Positions 11,670-25,915 of a DNA stretch of 64,000 bases are shown here, piece after piece (the first letter of the stretch is position 1; every line of letters begins with the position of its first letter). The translations under genes were made by a program, and so were the position numbers. This stretch comes from Octopus vulgaris (Eukaryota): contig OX597819.1 in assembly GCA_951406725.2 (NCBI GenBank), forward strand, positions 89,342,001 to 89,406,000, read 5' to 3'. Under the pieces are notes generated by a model. It was not told where the DNA came from. It made no database searches and was given only the letters and a program-made list of their open reading frames with translations.

Positions 11670-12610
11670 GGCGGCGAGCTGGCAGAAACGTTAGCACGCC
11701 GGGCGAAATGCGTAACCGTATTTCGTCTGCCATTGCGTTCTGAGTTCAAATTCCGCCGAGGTCGACTTTGCCTTTCATCCTTTCGGAGTCAATAAATTAA
11801 GTACCAGTTACGCACTGGGGTCGATGTAATCGTCTTAATCCATTTGTCAATCCTTATTTGTCCCCTCTGTGTTTAGCCCCTTGTGGATAGTAAAGAAATA
11901 GGTATTTCGTCTGCCGCTACGTTCTGAGCTCAAATTCTGCCGAGGTCGACTTTGCTTTTCATTCTTTCGGGGTCGATAAATTAAGTACCAGTTTTGCACT
12001 GGGGTCGATGTAATCGGCTTAATCCGTTTGTCTGTCCTTGTTTGTCCTCTCTGTGTTTAGCCCCTTGTGGATAGTAAAGAAATATGTATTTCGTCTGCCG
12101 CTACGTTCTGAGCTCAAATTCTGCCGAGGTCGACTTTGCCTTTCATCCTTTCGGGGTCGGTAAATTAAGTACCAGTTACGCACTGAGATCGATGTAATCG
12201 TCTTAATCCATTTGTCTGTCCTTGTTTGTCCCCTCTGTGTTTAGCCCCTTGTGGATAGTAAAGAAATAGGTATTTCGTCTGCCGCTACGTTCTGAGCTCA
12301 AATTCTGCCGAGGTCGACATTGCTTTTCATTCTTTCGGGGTCGATAAATTAAGTACCAGTTTTGCGCTGGGGTCGATGTAATCGGCTTAATCCGTTTGTC
12401 TGTCCTTGTTTGTCCTCTCTGTGTTTAGCCCCTTGTGGGTAGTAAAGAAATAGGTATTTCGTCTGCCGCTACGCTCTGAGCTCAAATTCTGCCGAGGTCG
12501 ACTTTGTCTTTCATCCTTTCGGGGTCGATAAATTAAGTACCAGATAAATTAAGTACTAATCGGCTGGCCTCCTCCCCCAAAATTTCGGGCCTTGTGCCTA
12601 GATTAGAAAA
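11670..12610 (+). mobile_element. SINE family A tandem array, 184-bp period
   Basis: one head, then units starting at 11718, 11902, 12086, 12270 and 12454; ends in the old-type tail. Confidence 0.95.
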
Positions 12611-12617
12611 TAATATC

Positions 12618-13059
12618 TTCTGTTAGGCATCGTGATCACAATTCGATTGTGCAGAATGTTCACGGATTGTGATTCGTCTGTTCGCGTATATCGATTCGTC
12701 CACTTGCTGGCGTTTCATCTCAATTGTCGCAGTTGATGCGTTCTCACTGCGTAGTTTGTCTTCAATACCGTTTATTCCTTCTTTAAACTTCTTCATGCAT
12801 TTATGCACATTGCTCTTATCAGTAGTGTCATCTTTATAACCAGTCTGCAACCCTTTATGCAAAGGACTTAATGACGGCTCATTGTTTCTGCTCGAAGCCC
12901 ATTATCGCCTTCAATGACGAAGAAAAGGAAGATAAGTTACTATAGTGGAAGAGTAACTCCACTAACATGTGCAATTGGAAAAAAACCTATGTTAGTCAAT
13001 AAAAAAAAAACAAGATCCTACCCACCCACTTTTGCATTTTAATCAGCAACATCCTCGTA
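12618..13059 (-). mobile_element. mariner 5' fragment (HTH region of a decayed transposase)
   Basis: ORF 12623-12862 KKFKEG..IED..RS...T...NRRITIRE; terminus TACGAGGA on the minus strand. Confidence 0.75.
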
Positions 13060-13129
13060 TATCCGTATTTATAAACGACTAGTAGAAAACCGTTCTCAAG
13101 ATGGGTTTTCTGCAAACGAACTTAATGAT

Positions 13130-13940
13130 TCTTTTCATCACTACTTCTGCAAGTACGGTGCAGTCTATGCTTCGTTGAAGAGGTTTAATAACATAAAAAC
13201 GTATCAAGAATTATCTCCCATACTTGGCAATCATTGAGCTAATATTGTCTTTTCCGTACCATATATTTGCTTTCTATTAGTTTTGGACGCTTCCTTGCTT
13301 TAAATATGTCAACTGTTAAATATGTTAACTGATGTATTTTGAAATTTCCCTTGATATTTTCTTTTCTCTACTTAGTATTTCTCCACAAATATTTAAGGAA
13401 CTGAAGTGACACCTCATGTCGATCAGAGACATTTAACAGCTCAGAAGGTCGAATTAAAAAAAATGCATTTACAGTTAATCAAATGATGAATTTCATAATC
13501 TGATTAATTATTTCTCACGTGTAAATAAGTTTACAATAATTAGCTCACCAATTTATATTATTTATATTAGTATCTATAGTAATTCATTTAATGAAGGAAA
13601 TATATGTCAAGCATCAAATGTTTGTATTTTCTCTTTGAATATTCATAATCAGTAGATAGCCAAAAGGATAGATTTACCAGATTACTTACTCATGGTTCTC
13701 GAGTTCAAACCTGCTGCGCGTGTTCCGTGCAAAATACTTTATTCTACTTCATATTTCGGTTTACCTCATGTTATGACATAAATAGATGCCAGCTTTCCAT
13801 TATTTCAATTCCCATCATTACTTCTCGTACAGTGAAGCTTATGCTTTGCTGAAGAGGTTTAATAAGACGAAAACGTGTAGAACTGTCTTCCTTACTTGCC
13901 AATCATTTTAAGTTACTGTTCTCTTGTTCTTACCACATCG
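13130..13940 (+). repeat. diverged ~130-bp direct repeat pair (13135-13265, 13815-13940) with hammerhead-like core
   Basis: shared CATCA.TACTTCT..TGAAGAGGTTTAATAA..AAAACGT..TACTTG.CAATCATT. Confidence 0.55.
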
Positions 13941-14112
13941 AAGCTCCGATAGTACTATACTATTCTTTGTAGCAAATGTGCTTCACTTCTGAGCCACTCG
14001 AAATAACTATGCGGGTGACCATTACTAAAGTAACCAACACCCTCTAAGTTACTTACTGGCTGTTAGTTGCACTGCAGCCCTTAAAAGAAAGAAAGCTTTT
14101 TACAATACCCAG

Positions 14113-14153
<41 letters not shown>

Positions 14154-14154
14154 T

Positions 14155-14197
<43 letters not shown>

Positions 14198-14238
14198 CTT
14201 GCTATCAATAACTAGCGCATATTTACCCACCATTACTG

Positions 14239-15635
<1,397 letters not shown>

Positions 15636-15949
15636 CGTTGCGCAATGGGACTGAATTCAAAACCACTGGTAGCAAAATGAACTTCTAAACCACACAGCCA
15701 TGCATACATCTTGCTGAATAAAGAAAAGCGAACATGTAGCGGCAGCTGTCTGCAATTCTCAAAAGAAAAGGGGAAAATTTCGAGAAAATAGGAATCAATT
15801 CCACAAAATTGCATTTTAACACACAAAGGAAATTTTTCATTGAAAAATACAAAACGGACTGAAATGATAGACAGTTGAGACGAGAAAATAAGAAACAATA
15901 GATTAAAAGATCTATAAAGTTAAAAGTAGGGCTACAGAATATCATACTA

Positions 15950-16777
15950 AAGTGATAGCAAGAAAGGCCCCTACACGGCCAGTGTCTAAAATCAGTAAGT
16001 AACTAGCTAACAAAATAAAGTGGAAACAGAGAAAAAAATCACACTGGCTAAGAAGTGCAAAACTCAAAGCTGAAACCAAAGGATTATGGAGGAACATCCT
16101 ACTAGAAACACAATAAGCAAGTAATGAAGTTCAATTCATTAAGTAACTGAAGAAAATGTGAATGTTGAGAAGAAAAACTTTATCCCTGGCTGCCCAGTTT
16201 TAGCGTTTTAACCATCTACATACTGATACGTCTACATGCATGACAAATGAGGCTTCTTTACATTGGTAGGCAGGCCATCATTATGAAATATCAACAACAA
16301 AAAAAGACGGCTTAAAAATACGAAAGAAAAGGTTTAGAAGACTGAGAAGCGGCTACAGATGGGAAAATTAAGCCTAATCAATCGTGTACTGTTATTAAGG
16401 ACAGGCTGGAAGTGAAATGCCTCCTGATCGAAGTATCACTCCCAGCGGATGATAACGAAATAGGGAAATTATACAAACGTATGATGTTCGAGAATTAGAG
16501 AATTTGAATGTGAAGACAGAAAACAGAACCAATCCTATAAAAATAGATGTTTGGGGAATGATTTAAAATGTGTAGTAGGCAACAATACAACTCAGACCTG
16601 AGAATGTACAAATATGGATAGCATACAGAATAAAGCACTGCACATATATTGGATAGAATAGTGTTTTAATACAACAGAAAATATATTAGTATAAAAGCAA
16701 AACAAAACACTACAAACGCCCAGATTCACAGAGCTGCGCTCATTTGTGTAGCGAATGCACGCAATGATACTACTATC

Positions 16778-16780
<3 letters not shown>
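15950..16780 (+). mobile_element. decayed R4/Dong-type (RLE) LINE 3' fragment
   Basis: remnants LKAETKGL and KCLLIEVSLPADDN; 3' UTR CACAGAGCTGCGCTC shared with 41671-41740; ends in (AAT)n. Confidence 0.65.
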
Positions 16781-16835
<55 letters not shown>

Positions 16836-17554
16836 TGATGATGATGATGATAATGAAAAGGAGGAGGAGAGTAACAACAATAACAGCAACAACGACAACA
16901 GTAATAATGATAATAATAACAACCAGTTCCTGGCATGAATCACTATAAATCTTGCTTTCATTTTGTTTAAACATAAAAGATTTTTATTAGTTTCCCCCAT
17001 GATCTTACTTAGAAGTTAAATATAGAAATATACCAATACTCCACTAAATAGTTATAATAACGTAAATCAATGAATATATACGTCTGTAAGGAGACATTAC
17101 GTTAGTTTGTTGCAAAAATACCATCTTAAGAAGTAATTGGTCTACTCTTTGAATTTCTTGTTTTATTGGAATCGATTCAGTTTCCTTATAATTACTATGA
17201 AGGGGGCGATACTTTGTCAGAAAATAGTAGATTTAGTTATTCACATCAAGAAGATATGACTTAGCAATTTATACTTTTCAGTAGTTTGTTCTCGTCCATA
17301 TTTTCAAAAAAAATATCCCGAGTAAGCTTCAACGAGATCGTTGGGACTTAAGAAGAATTGGGGCAGTAACTTTGAAATAAATTCGCATTTTTCGGTCGAA
17401 TGTTAAACGTTTAAGACTTTGCCTTAAAAGAAAGCTTTTCAGACATATTTTGCCTTTACATCTACTTTATCTTGAACAATGACGTGGAAAACATCCTCTA
17501 ATTTGAATATGACACTTTAAAATCTTTTAACTAAAGAAAAGCAGTCTCTGCATA

Positions 17555-17805
17555 TTGTTGTTGTTGTTTGTTTGTTCCTTCTCAAGCCGGTTTCTTGGCG
17601 TATAGGTGAGCAAGATGCAGGAGGAAAGAATGAGAGAAAGTTGTGGCGAAAGAGTCAACAGAGGTTCGCCATTACCTTCTACCGGAGCCGCGTGGAGCTT
17701 AGATGTTTCGCTCATAAACACACACACCGCCCGGTCTGAGATTCGAACCCGCGATCCCTCGAACCGCGAGTCCGCTGCTCTAACCACTAGGCCATCTGCC
17801 TCCAC
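17555..17805 (-). mobile_element. SINE family D, young tRNA-derived SINE
   Basis: TGGCCTAGTGG A box, GGTTCGAATC B box, no acceptor stem, CpG-rich, (CAA)n tail. Confidence 0.8.
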
Positions 17806-18848
17806 TGTCTCTGCATATGAACATTACTCAATAAAACCCAAGCCTCAAACCTCGGATGATCTCCCAATCTAATCATTCCTATGTAACATTAGTAATACAA
17901 ATACCTCTTATAGACTAGGCTTTCTTTGTAGGACATAGCTCTGATCAGTTGTTTAATTTCTGCAAAACTCTAGTTAGATCCATATTGGTGCACATCTCCC
18001 TTATTATGGACAGCACTGCAATTACATTTTTAGGGTAAAAACAGGTGTGTTGCTGGTGCTGCTCTACTCTATCTCCGAATGCAGCAGGGTCGATATCTCA
18101 TGAGGCGGTGAAGTAGCTCTGTAGGCGTTTCGACAATACCATAGCTTTCTTGAATCGGATGTTGTAACTCTGGGCCAGATGTTTCTGTAGTGACCCTATC
18201 CAACAGTGCGCGCGCGCGCAACGTCATCTTCAGTTCGCATGTGCGGGGTTGGAGCCTTCTGGAAAGGCAGAGGGTAAGTGCCCTCTCGCGCATGCGCGAA
18301 GACCGGAAGAAGGAAATGATGATGTGGCATTTTAGCTGACAGGAGGCGAGGGAGCGTGAACCTTAACCAAAAACTACATTTCTATCATCTTCAATGCTCA
18401 ACATTTCTGCCTCGCTCGTCCTCCTGAATCTGATGTAAAAAGAAAAAAAAGAAAAAAAAAAAAAAGAAACTGGACTACTTTCTAAATACAATTAGTGTAC
18501 TGAATGAAAAACATTCACTCACAAACACTACAACCGCCTACGACCATTGACACCTAGACGTTGTTTTTTCTCTCTCCAGATCTACCACATTTCCAATGGC
18601 CTTTTCTCCTGTTGAACTCGCAAACTGCATACTTCTCTACCCAAGCCCACATAAGCCACTCGTTTCCATCTTCCTTCGTTACATCTGCTAGATCTTATTC
18701 CTCTGACCTATACAGACATGTTCCTAATTATTCCTTCCTAAAGCTTCTACTACCCGCAGTTCACTTTCGATTCACATTTACTCGCTTTCCCAACACTTGC
18801 CATCCTAAAGAAGTTCAGACTGAATATTAAAAAAAAAAAATTGTATTG

Positions 18849-19020
18849 AGGCGCAGGAGTGGCTGTGTGGTAAGTAGCTAGCTTACCAACCACATGGTCA
18901 TGGGTTCACTCCCAATTCGTGGCACCTTGGGCAAGTGTTTTCTACTATAGCCTCGAGCAGATCAAAGCCTTGTAAGTGGATTTGGTTGACGGAAACTGAA
19001 AGAATCCCGTCGTATATATG

Positions 19021-19077
<57 letters not shown>

Positions 19078-19282
19078 TTGTGTGTCTGTGTTTGTGCCTC
19101 CAACATCGCTTGACAACCGATGCTGATGTGTTTATGTCCCCGTAACTTAGCAGTTCGACAAAAGAGACCAACAGAATAAGTACTAGGCTTACCAAAGAAT
19201 AAGTCCTGGGGTCGATTTGCTCGACTAAAGGCGGTGCTTCAGCATGGCCGCAGTCAAATGACTGAAAGTAAAACAAGTAAAC
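18849..19282 (+). mobile_element. SINE family B, full length
   Basis: colinear with the 8829 and 36803 copies. Confidence 0.9.
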
Positions 19283-20002
19283 GAAAAAATAAAATTTCGC
19301 TAGTCCAAAAAAAAGCCTACAGACAGCAAAGCACTTCCCTACCTTTTATGACGAATTGATAATAATAATAACAATGGTAATAACACTTATAAAGCATTAG
19401 ACCTGCATTTCACATGTTAGTAGCTATGAACAATGACAAAGAAAAAAAATACGACCACATAAACCACCTAAGTCAACATTTCGTTACTGGACGTGTCCTA
19501 TTGAAAATAATCCATGGACTTGTCAAGCAGCTAACAAATCCTTACTCATCGAAACTCCACAAGTTAACAACAACAACAGCAGTGGTAATAATAATTTCAT
19601 TCATTTCCATAAAAGAAGGAAATAAAGAGAGCATTATAATGCAATACAATAAAACGAAGGAGCAACAAATATAGAAACAGAGAGTAACAAAGGAATATAT
19701 ATATGGCTTGTGCGCGCGTGTGTAGTGTGTAGTGTGTGTGTGTGTGTGCGTGTGATTTTCTGAGTATTTATGTAAATAGATGTGTGTGTATGTGTAGACA
19801 CACACACACATACATACACACACCACATCACACACACACATATGTGCACATGCAAATATGCTCATATACATATGCATACACGCTCGCGTGAACTTACACA
19901 TGTACACAAAGGCAAATAACAAACTCTGCCTTCAGACGCGCTGAGTACTTATTGCAATTTGCAACAACGCAATTCTGCGACTAAGTATTGCTGCTGCTGC
20001 TG

Positions 20003-20056
<54 letters not shown>

Positions 20057-20278
20057 CATCCATACATAAATACATACATATACATATATATGTTTGAGAA
20101 TACACACACACACAAACACACACACACGCACACACACACATATATATATATACACACACGCACAAATATACAGGGTGGGTCAAAAGTCACGCATAAAATA
20201 AGTTAAATACGATTCTAAAATTAAATAAAATAAAATAATGATGATTACACACGTACTTGTGCATGATGAACAAAACCG

Positions 20279-20333
<55 letters not shown>

Positions 20334-20334
<1 letters not shown>

Positions 20335-20362
20335 TAGCTGGACCCGTGAAAAATTCATGGAA
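20334..20362 (-). mobile_element. Helitron-like 3' terminus
   Basis: hairpin CCATGAATTTTTCACGGG, then TCCAG-CTAG|T. Confidence 0.45.
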
Positions 20363-20399
20363 AACAAAAAATGTAAGCATCTGTAAACAGTGTACGGTG

Positions 20400-20575
20400 C
20401 CATGAGAAATGTTTGTATATTATGACCGTCTGTCTTTGTGTTCTGAGTTCAAATTCTGACGAGATCGACTTTGCCTTTTGTCCTTTCGGGGTCGATAAAT
20501 TAAGTATCAGTTGTGTGCTGGGGTCGATCTTATCAAGTGGACACCTCCCCACAAAACATTCAGGCATAGAAAAGT
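20400..20575 (+). mobile_element. SINE family A, old-tail copy
   Basis: GTTCTGAGTTCAAATTC..TCGACTTTGCC..TTTCGGGGTCGATAAATTAAGT. Confidence 0.75.
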
Positions 20576-20989
20576 ATATTGTGACAGTTACCGAATATAG
20601 AAAGTAATGTAACACCAATGACTAAATAATCCAACCAAAATATCTCAGTTACACAAACGTAAACGGAATTACTATTCAGCCTTAAAATACTTCGTACATA
20701 TTCAATGAACCTTAATGTACAAATTGAAACGCAAAAGAACGAAATAATAAATGGATTTAAGAATGAAAGTTTGGTAATTGCGTTTATTTCCACCACGCGA
20801 CACTTATTGCAAACATGTTTTAAGTAACCTAAACTATACACACACAAATACATTCATACGAGAGAAAAGCTATGTGGACTTGTGGTGCGTAAAAGCACTC
20901 ATGTTTATATTGCTGGTGGGAGATAATCATCCGCTACCGCCGCCAGAACCGCCAGGTCACGTGATTTCGGCCTTCCTTGGCCTTATCAA

Positions 20990-22110
20990 TGGTAGGCGTC
21001 CGTGGTTAGACATATCAGCGGTATGATACCTGTGGGAAAAAAGACTGAGTCAAGAGCAGCAGCAAAAGAAACTAATGATGTGGTAGACCATTGACTTATC
21101 AACGAACGTATGGCACATAACTGGTTCAGACGTTTCACAAAACTGGTTCGGAAGGTGATACCAGCCTCGAAGACAAACCAAGGTTAGCGAGGCCTTCTGT
21201 TGTAGAGGGTGAGACCTTGCTTGTAATAGTTGAACAACAGCTGATCACAAACATTCGTACATCGTCAGCCAAACTTAGTCCTTCACAAAACACTTTCAGT
21301 CAACAATTCCATAAGCTCGGCCTTGTGAACAGACGCTGTCGAGAAGTTCCCCATGAAATTACCAATGGCCAGGTTCAACGACGTGTGAACATTTGCAATC
21401 AACTAAGGGCAAATCCTCGAGGTGACCGTTTTTGGTGTCAAATTTTAATGAGGTACGAAAAACGAATCTATATTTGTAACCCTTATGAGAGAAATCAGTG
21501 GTTTCATTCTGGCCAGGCTTCAGAACCTTTTGTCAAACAAGGATGGTTTAAACAGAAGGTCATGTTTTGTGTGTGGTGGAAATTCAATGGGGTATTGCAC
21601 TTTGAGCTTGTCTCGGATGATCATGATGTGAACGCTCACCTTTATGCTCAACAATTGAAGTGAATATATGATGCTTTGAAAGCTTGTTACCCGGCTTTGG
21701 CAAATCGAAATCACGCACCCCTACAGCATGGCATTGCCACTGTACTTATTGCCAATGTGACCAAGCGCAAACTTGAGGAACTTGAAGGGCAGGAAGTGCT
21801 GCCTCACCCTGTCAACAGTCCAGACCTTGCACCTTTTCCAGATTACCACATTTTCCGAGCCATGGCTCGCTTCCTGCACAGATGGAGGTTTAACAATGTA
21901 GATGAAGCTGAAATCAGGTACAGGGAGTTTTTTTGCCTCTAAACCAGTCAAATGCTACAAGCAAGGAATTGAGCTTCTGGCATAACGATGACAACAAACA
22001 ATGGAATATGATGCGATATTATTTTGATAAATAAACGCAATTCGTATGTCATTTGTTTGAATTATTAATTAAAGCTTGAAATACGAAAGCATTCTTGACA
22101 CATACTCATA
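20990..22110 (+). mobile_element. decayed mariner element (transposase pseudogene)
   Basis: ORFs 21217-21663 and 21676-21942: VPHEIT (cf. WVPHEL), KVMFCVWW, HPVNSPDLAP.DYHIFR (cf. YSPDLAPSD); left end uncertain. Confidence 0.9.
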
Positions 22111-22122
22111 AACATATGTATG

Positions 22123-22972
22123 TCATTATTCAGTTTTACTTCAAGGTTTCTTGCTAATAGAGAAAGAGCTGGTTTCTAACCTAGATCCAAAGCTCCTTCA
22201 TTGGAATTTCAACATCAACTATAGGGTATTTTTGTTTGCATGTATGTATGTATGCACGTATAGATATGTGCAGATTTGTATGTTTTATTTTGTGTATATT
22301 CTCATGCATATAGTTGCATATCTAGACATGCTGGTATATATTTAAATGATAAACTTCTGGAAAGTTTTACAGATTTTTACAGTTCCAGTGATGGATTAGA
22401 TCTGTAGTCTTCGAATCAGCGTTCTCCTTTCTGATTTTGAGAAGTCTAATTTCTCAAGAATTTAGGCAGTGTGTTACATATCCCTGTGCCTCAATAATTA
22501 CAGGTATAGACCTGAACTTGTAATCTGGATAAAGTAACTGCAGATTTCTCAATAGTTCAGCATAGATATTCTCTTTTTCACTGACCTTCAGCTTTATGTT
22601 AATATCCGCTGGGCGCTAATTTCCAAAACTGTACACAGTTCCTTTTCTTTATCCCAAATCATTATATCCTGTCTGTTATGCTTACATTTTATTGAGGTCT
22701 TCACTAGGACATTCGACCAGTACTCCTTTTTATTATGAGTGGATATGGGTTCTTATTTCTTTGTCCTCAAGATTATCCTGCCGACGGATTTCATTATAGA
22801 GTGTCCTAGCTACAACATCATGTCTCATCAGTAGATACTACCGTGATGACATTTTCGGACAGCTACTTATGGTGTGGGTGATATCTTCGGTGCTTATTCC
22901 ACAAAGTCTGCATCGGGTGTCATATTTTACTGTTTTTCCTGCATCTCTATCCCTTTTGCGCATCAGGTATTT
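22123..22972 (-). mobile_element. RLE non-LTR retrotransposon 3' fragment ((CATA)n-associated family)
   Basis: homologous to 50590-51570 (CRLC..H..SSC, RHD, RLE); same 3' end ACTGAATAATGA|CATAC. Confidence 0.85.
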
Positions 22973-22977
22973 GTAAA

Positions 22978-23203
22978 GGCGGCGAGCTGGCAGAAACGTT
23001 GGCACGTCGGGCGAAATGCGTAGCCGTATTTCGTCTGCCGTTACGTATTGAGTTCAAATTCCGCCGTGGTCGACTTTGCCTTTCGTCCTTTCGGTGCCGA
23101 TAAATTAAGTACCAGTTGCGCGCTGGGGTCGATGTAATCGACTTAATCCCTGTGTCTGTCCTTGATTGTCCCCTCTGTGTTTAGCCCCTTGTGAGTAGTA
23201 AAT
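22978..23203 (+). mobile_element. SINE family A monomer with young tail
   Basis: complete head-body-tail. Confidence 0.9.
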
Positions 23204-24129
23204 ATGTATTTGTATGTATGTATGTATGTATGTATGTATGTATGTATGTATGTATGTATGTATGTATGTATGTATGCATGTGTGTGTGTATGTGTATACA
23301 CATGTGTATGTATATATGTATATAACATAACATTTATTTGTGGGCTCACTGAATATTTTATTTTAACGAACGTTGTGTGAGTAGCACTTACATTTTTTTT
23401 TTTGAAAGGATAACAACGCTAGGTTGAACTTGTATTAATCTTTTGATAAACTGAATTCTCTCGGTTGCAGTAACTTCTGTTACAGCATCAAGGATTTTGT
23501 TCCAAATAGTCTAGTACAGAAAGCATAATTCTGCGTTTTAATGATCTGTAATTTATACGTACCTCGCATACTTTTCACTCTTACCGCATCATGTTTAGTA
23601 TGATGTAAGCTGCTGATTATAAGATTTTGTATAGCTTCCACTTCGTCAAGTGCAATGATCCTGAGAACTTTCTTTTTGATTAAGTTGAGTTGGCTGGTTA
23701 TGCTATGTAAAGCACTGATCTAGAATAGACGATAGCTTCCTTTCATATCCAAATTCATCGTAATAATTTATAAGGTTTGAAGCTTCTATGCATTTGAGTC
23801 ACAGATAGAGAAAGATGCGCTGTGTCCGCATTAGTTATGGTAACGTCTAGAACTTAATTCTTTCTGTTTTTCATTCGTTCTTTCTTGGCTCTGCTTACTG
23901 GCTACACGGATGTTTCTATGTTGTCAAAATTGCTGGGTCATCTTCTAGATATAACACTTAGTACCGATGAAGAGATTAGTCTAAATAAATAAATAACTAT
24001 AGCAATTCAATACCCGGGTAGTTAGAAGAAAATTTTGATGAGATTCTCAATCTCCACCTAAAAAGAAAGACGTACTCTCGGAGCATCACATTTTACAAAA
24101 AATAAATAAAAAAATAAATAAATAAATCC

Positions 24130-24335
24130 CCTTCTATTATAGGCATAAGGCCTGAAATTTTGGCTTCAGAGTATTAGTTAATTGCATCGATTCCAGTGCT
24201 CAATTGGTACTTATTTCATCGTTCCCGAAAGGAAGAAAGGCAAAATCGATCACGGCGGCATTTGAACTCAGAACGTAAAGACGGAGTAAATGCTGCTGAT
24301 GGTTCGTGCTAACGATTCGGCCAACTCGCCGCCTT
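24130..24335 (-). mobile_element. SINE family A, old-tail monomer
   Basis: head GGCGGCGAGTTGGCC; tail AAATTTCAGGCCTTATGCCTATAATAGAA. Confidence 0.8.
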
Positions 24336-24624
24336 AAAATAAAAGTTTCAAATTTTGGCGCAGTGTAGTTTGAAGGCACGTAAATAAAGTCGTTCTTACC
24401 TTGACTTGCAATAGGGTACCGCCAGCAGATTGTTCAATTCTTGACACGTGTTGTCACGACCTCTCTATCATCACGTCTCACCTGTGTGGCAGATAACATG
24501 AAAAAGAGGGAAACACACACACACACACACACACATATTATATATACGTATGCATACATATATATATGCATACATATACATATATATATATGCATACATA
24601 TATATATACTTACACACACACACA

Positions 24625-24985
24625 CACACACGGGTATACGCGGACATGCAGGTAAATATATATGTATGCATAAATTTATATACCTACAAGTGTGTATGTG
24701 TGTATATATTACTTTATTCACCTACCTGCCTGCCTACCGACCTACCTAGTTAGGTAGTCAATTACATTGATCCCCCTGTATTTTATTGACCCCGCATGGA
24801 TGAAAGGCAAAGTCGACCTCGGACAAATTTGAACCCAGAACCTATATATTGGTAGTTAGTTAGGTAGGTAGGTAGGTAGGTAGGTAGACAGGTAGGTGAA
24901 TAAAGTAATATATATACACATACACACTTGTAGGTATATAAATGTATGCATATATATTTACCTGCATGTCCACGTGTGTACACAC
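24625..24985. repeat. inverted duplication, ~120-bp arms around a SINE fragment
   Basis: GGACATGCAGGTAAATATATATG...TTACTTTATTCACCTACCTG mirrored at ~24890-24972. Confidence 0.9.
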
Positions 24986-25679
24986 ACACACACACACACA
25001 CATATATACACACAGATATAGATATGTAAATGTATGTGTGTGTGTGTGTTGTCGAGCATAACCAGCCGAAATTGCAAAGATAATCTGGAACTCAACTGAG
25101 GAAAGAAAATTCCGAATGAACTATCTTTGTTTTCTTTGTATCGTCTATCTGGATGTTTTGGTGTCCTTTCTTGTATCGTCTAACTGTCTGGATGTTTTGC
25201 ATTCTTGTCCCATTTTGTATTATTTTATACATAGATATACCTATACTGGCTTATGAGTGTATATATACTTTTGTACTTATACGTAAATTTTCTTCCACTG
25301 TCAATAATAAATCTAAGCATAAAATGCGAGATTCATTTTCCTTCACACATCCAACAAAATTCCTTTATCTGCGGCCTTTTACTCTTAACCACTTCACATT
25401 TTCATCTACTTTTTCTTTTTCTCTTCTCCCGACACATTTTACACTTTCTTTCCAAATTCCATCATGATGTACATCTATTGGAAAATCTCAGACACAATTT
25501 AATATATCAATATTTATTAATCATATTAATGTAGTTCTGCTCATCCGATCAGACATCTATAAAGAAGCTTTCTTATACGCGAGAAAACACACTATTAAAC
25601 CGCAACTATATTGCAACCACTAAACCCTCACCAACAAGATGAACCAAAAGTGTATAGACTTAGGTCTGTCAATGAGTTG

Positions 25680-25915
25680 TAGGACTCATAATGCCGGAGC
25701 ATAACCTGGTTTCCATGGTGTGAAATGACAGAGATTACAGCATCCCAACTTTGGAAAGGACGCCGGTCTGCTGGACATTTATTACTGGTGTTCATTAACA
25801 ACTCAACGAACTGGAGCAACGTGAAACGAAGTGTTTTGTTGAAGAACACAACGCACCGCTCGGTTCGGGAAGTGAAAACACGATCTAACAATCATGAGTG
25901 CAAAACTCTAATCAT
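25680..25915 (-). mobile_element. SINE family C
   Basis: minus strand GGTGCGTTGTGTTCTTCAACAAAACACTTCGTTTCACGTTGCTCCAGTTCG. Confidence 0.6.

Noticed and set aside
11718-12540. CRISPR-like regular array
   Set aside because: Whole 184-bp units are repeated with no unique spacers, the context is a eukaryotic SINE, and there are no cas genes
17727-17805. tRNA gene on the minus strand
   Set aside because: A and B boxes are present but there is no acceptor stem, and it continues into a SINE body and tail
20168-20195. Tc1/mariner TIR start TACAGGGTGGGTCAAAAGTC
   Set aside because: No matching opposite TIR or coding remnant could be tied to it
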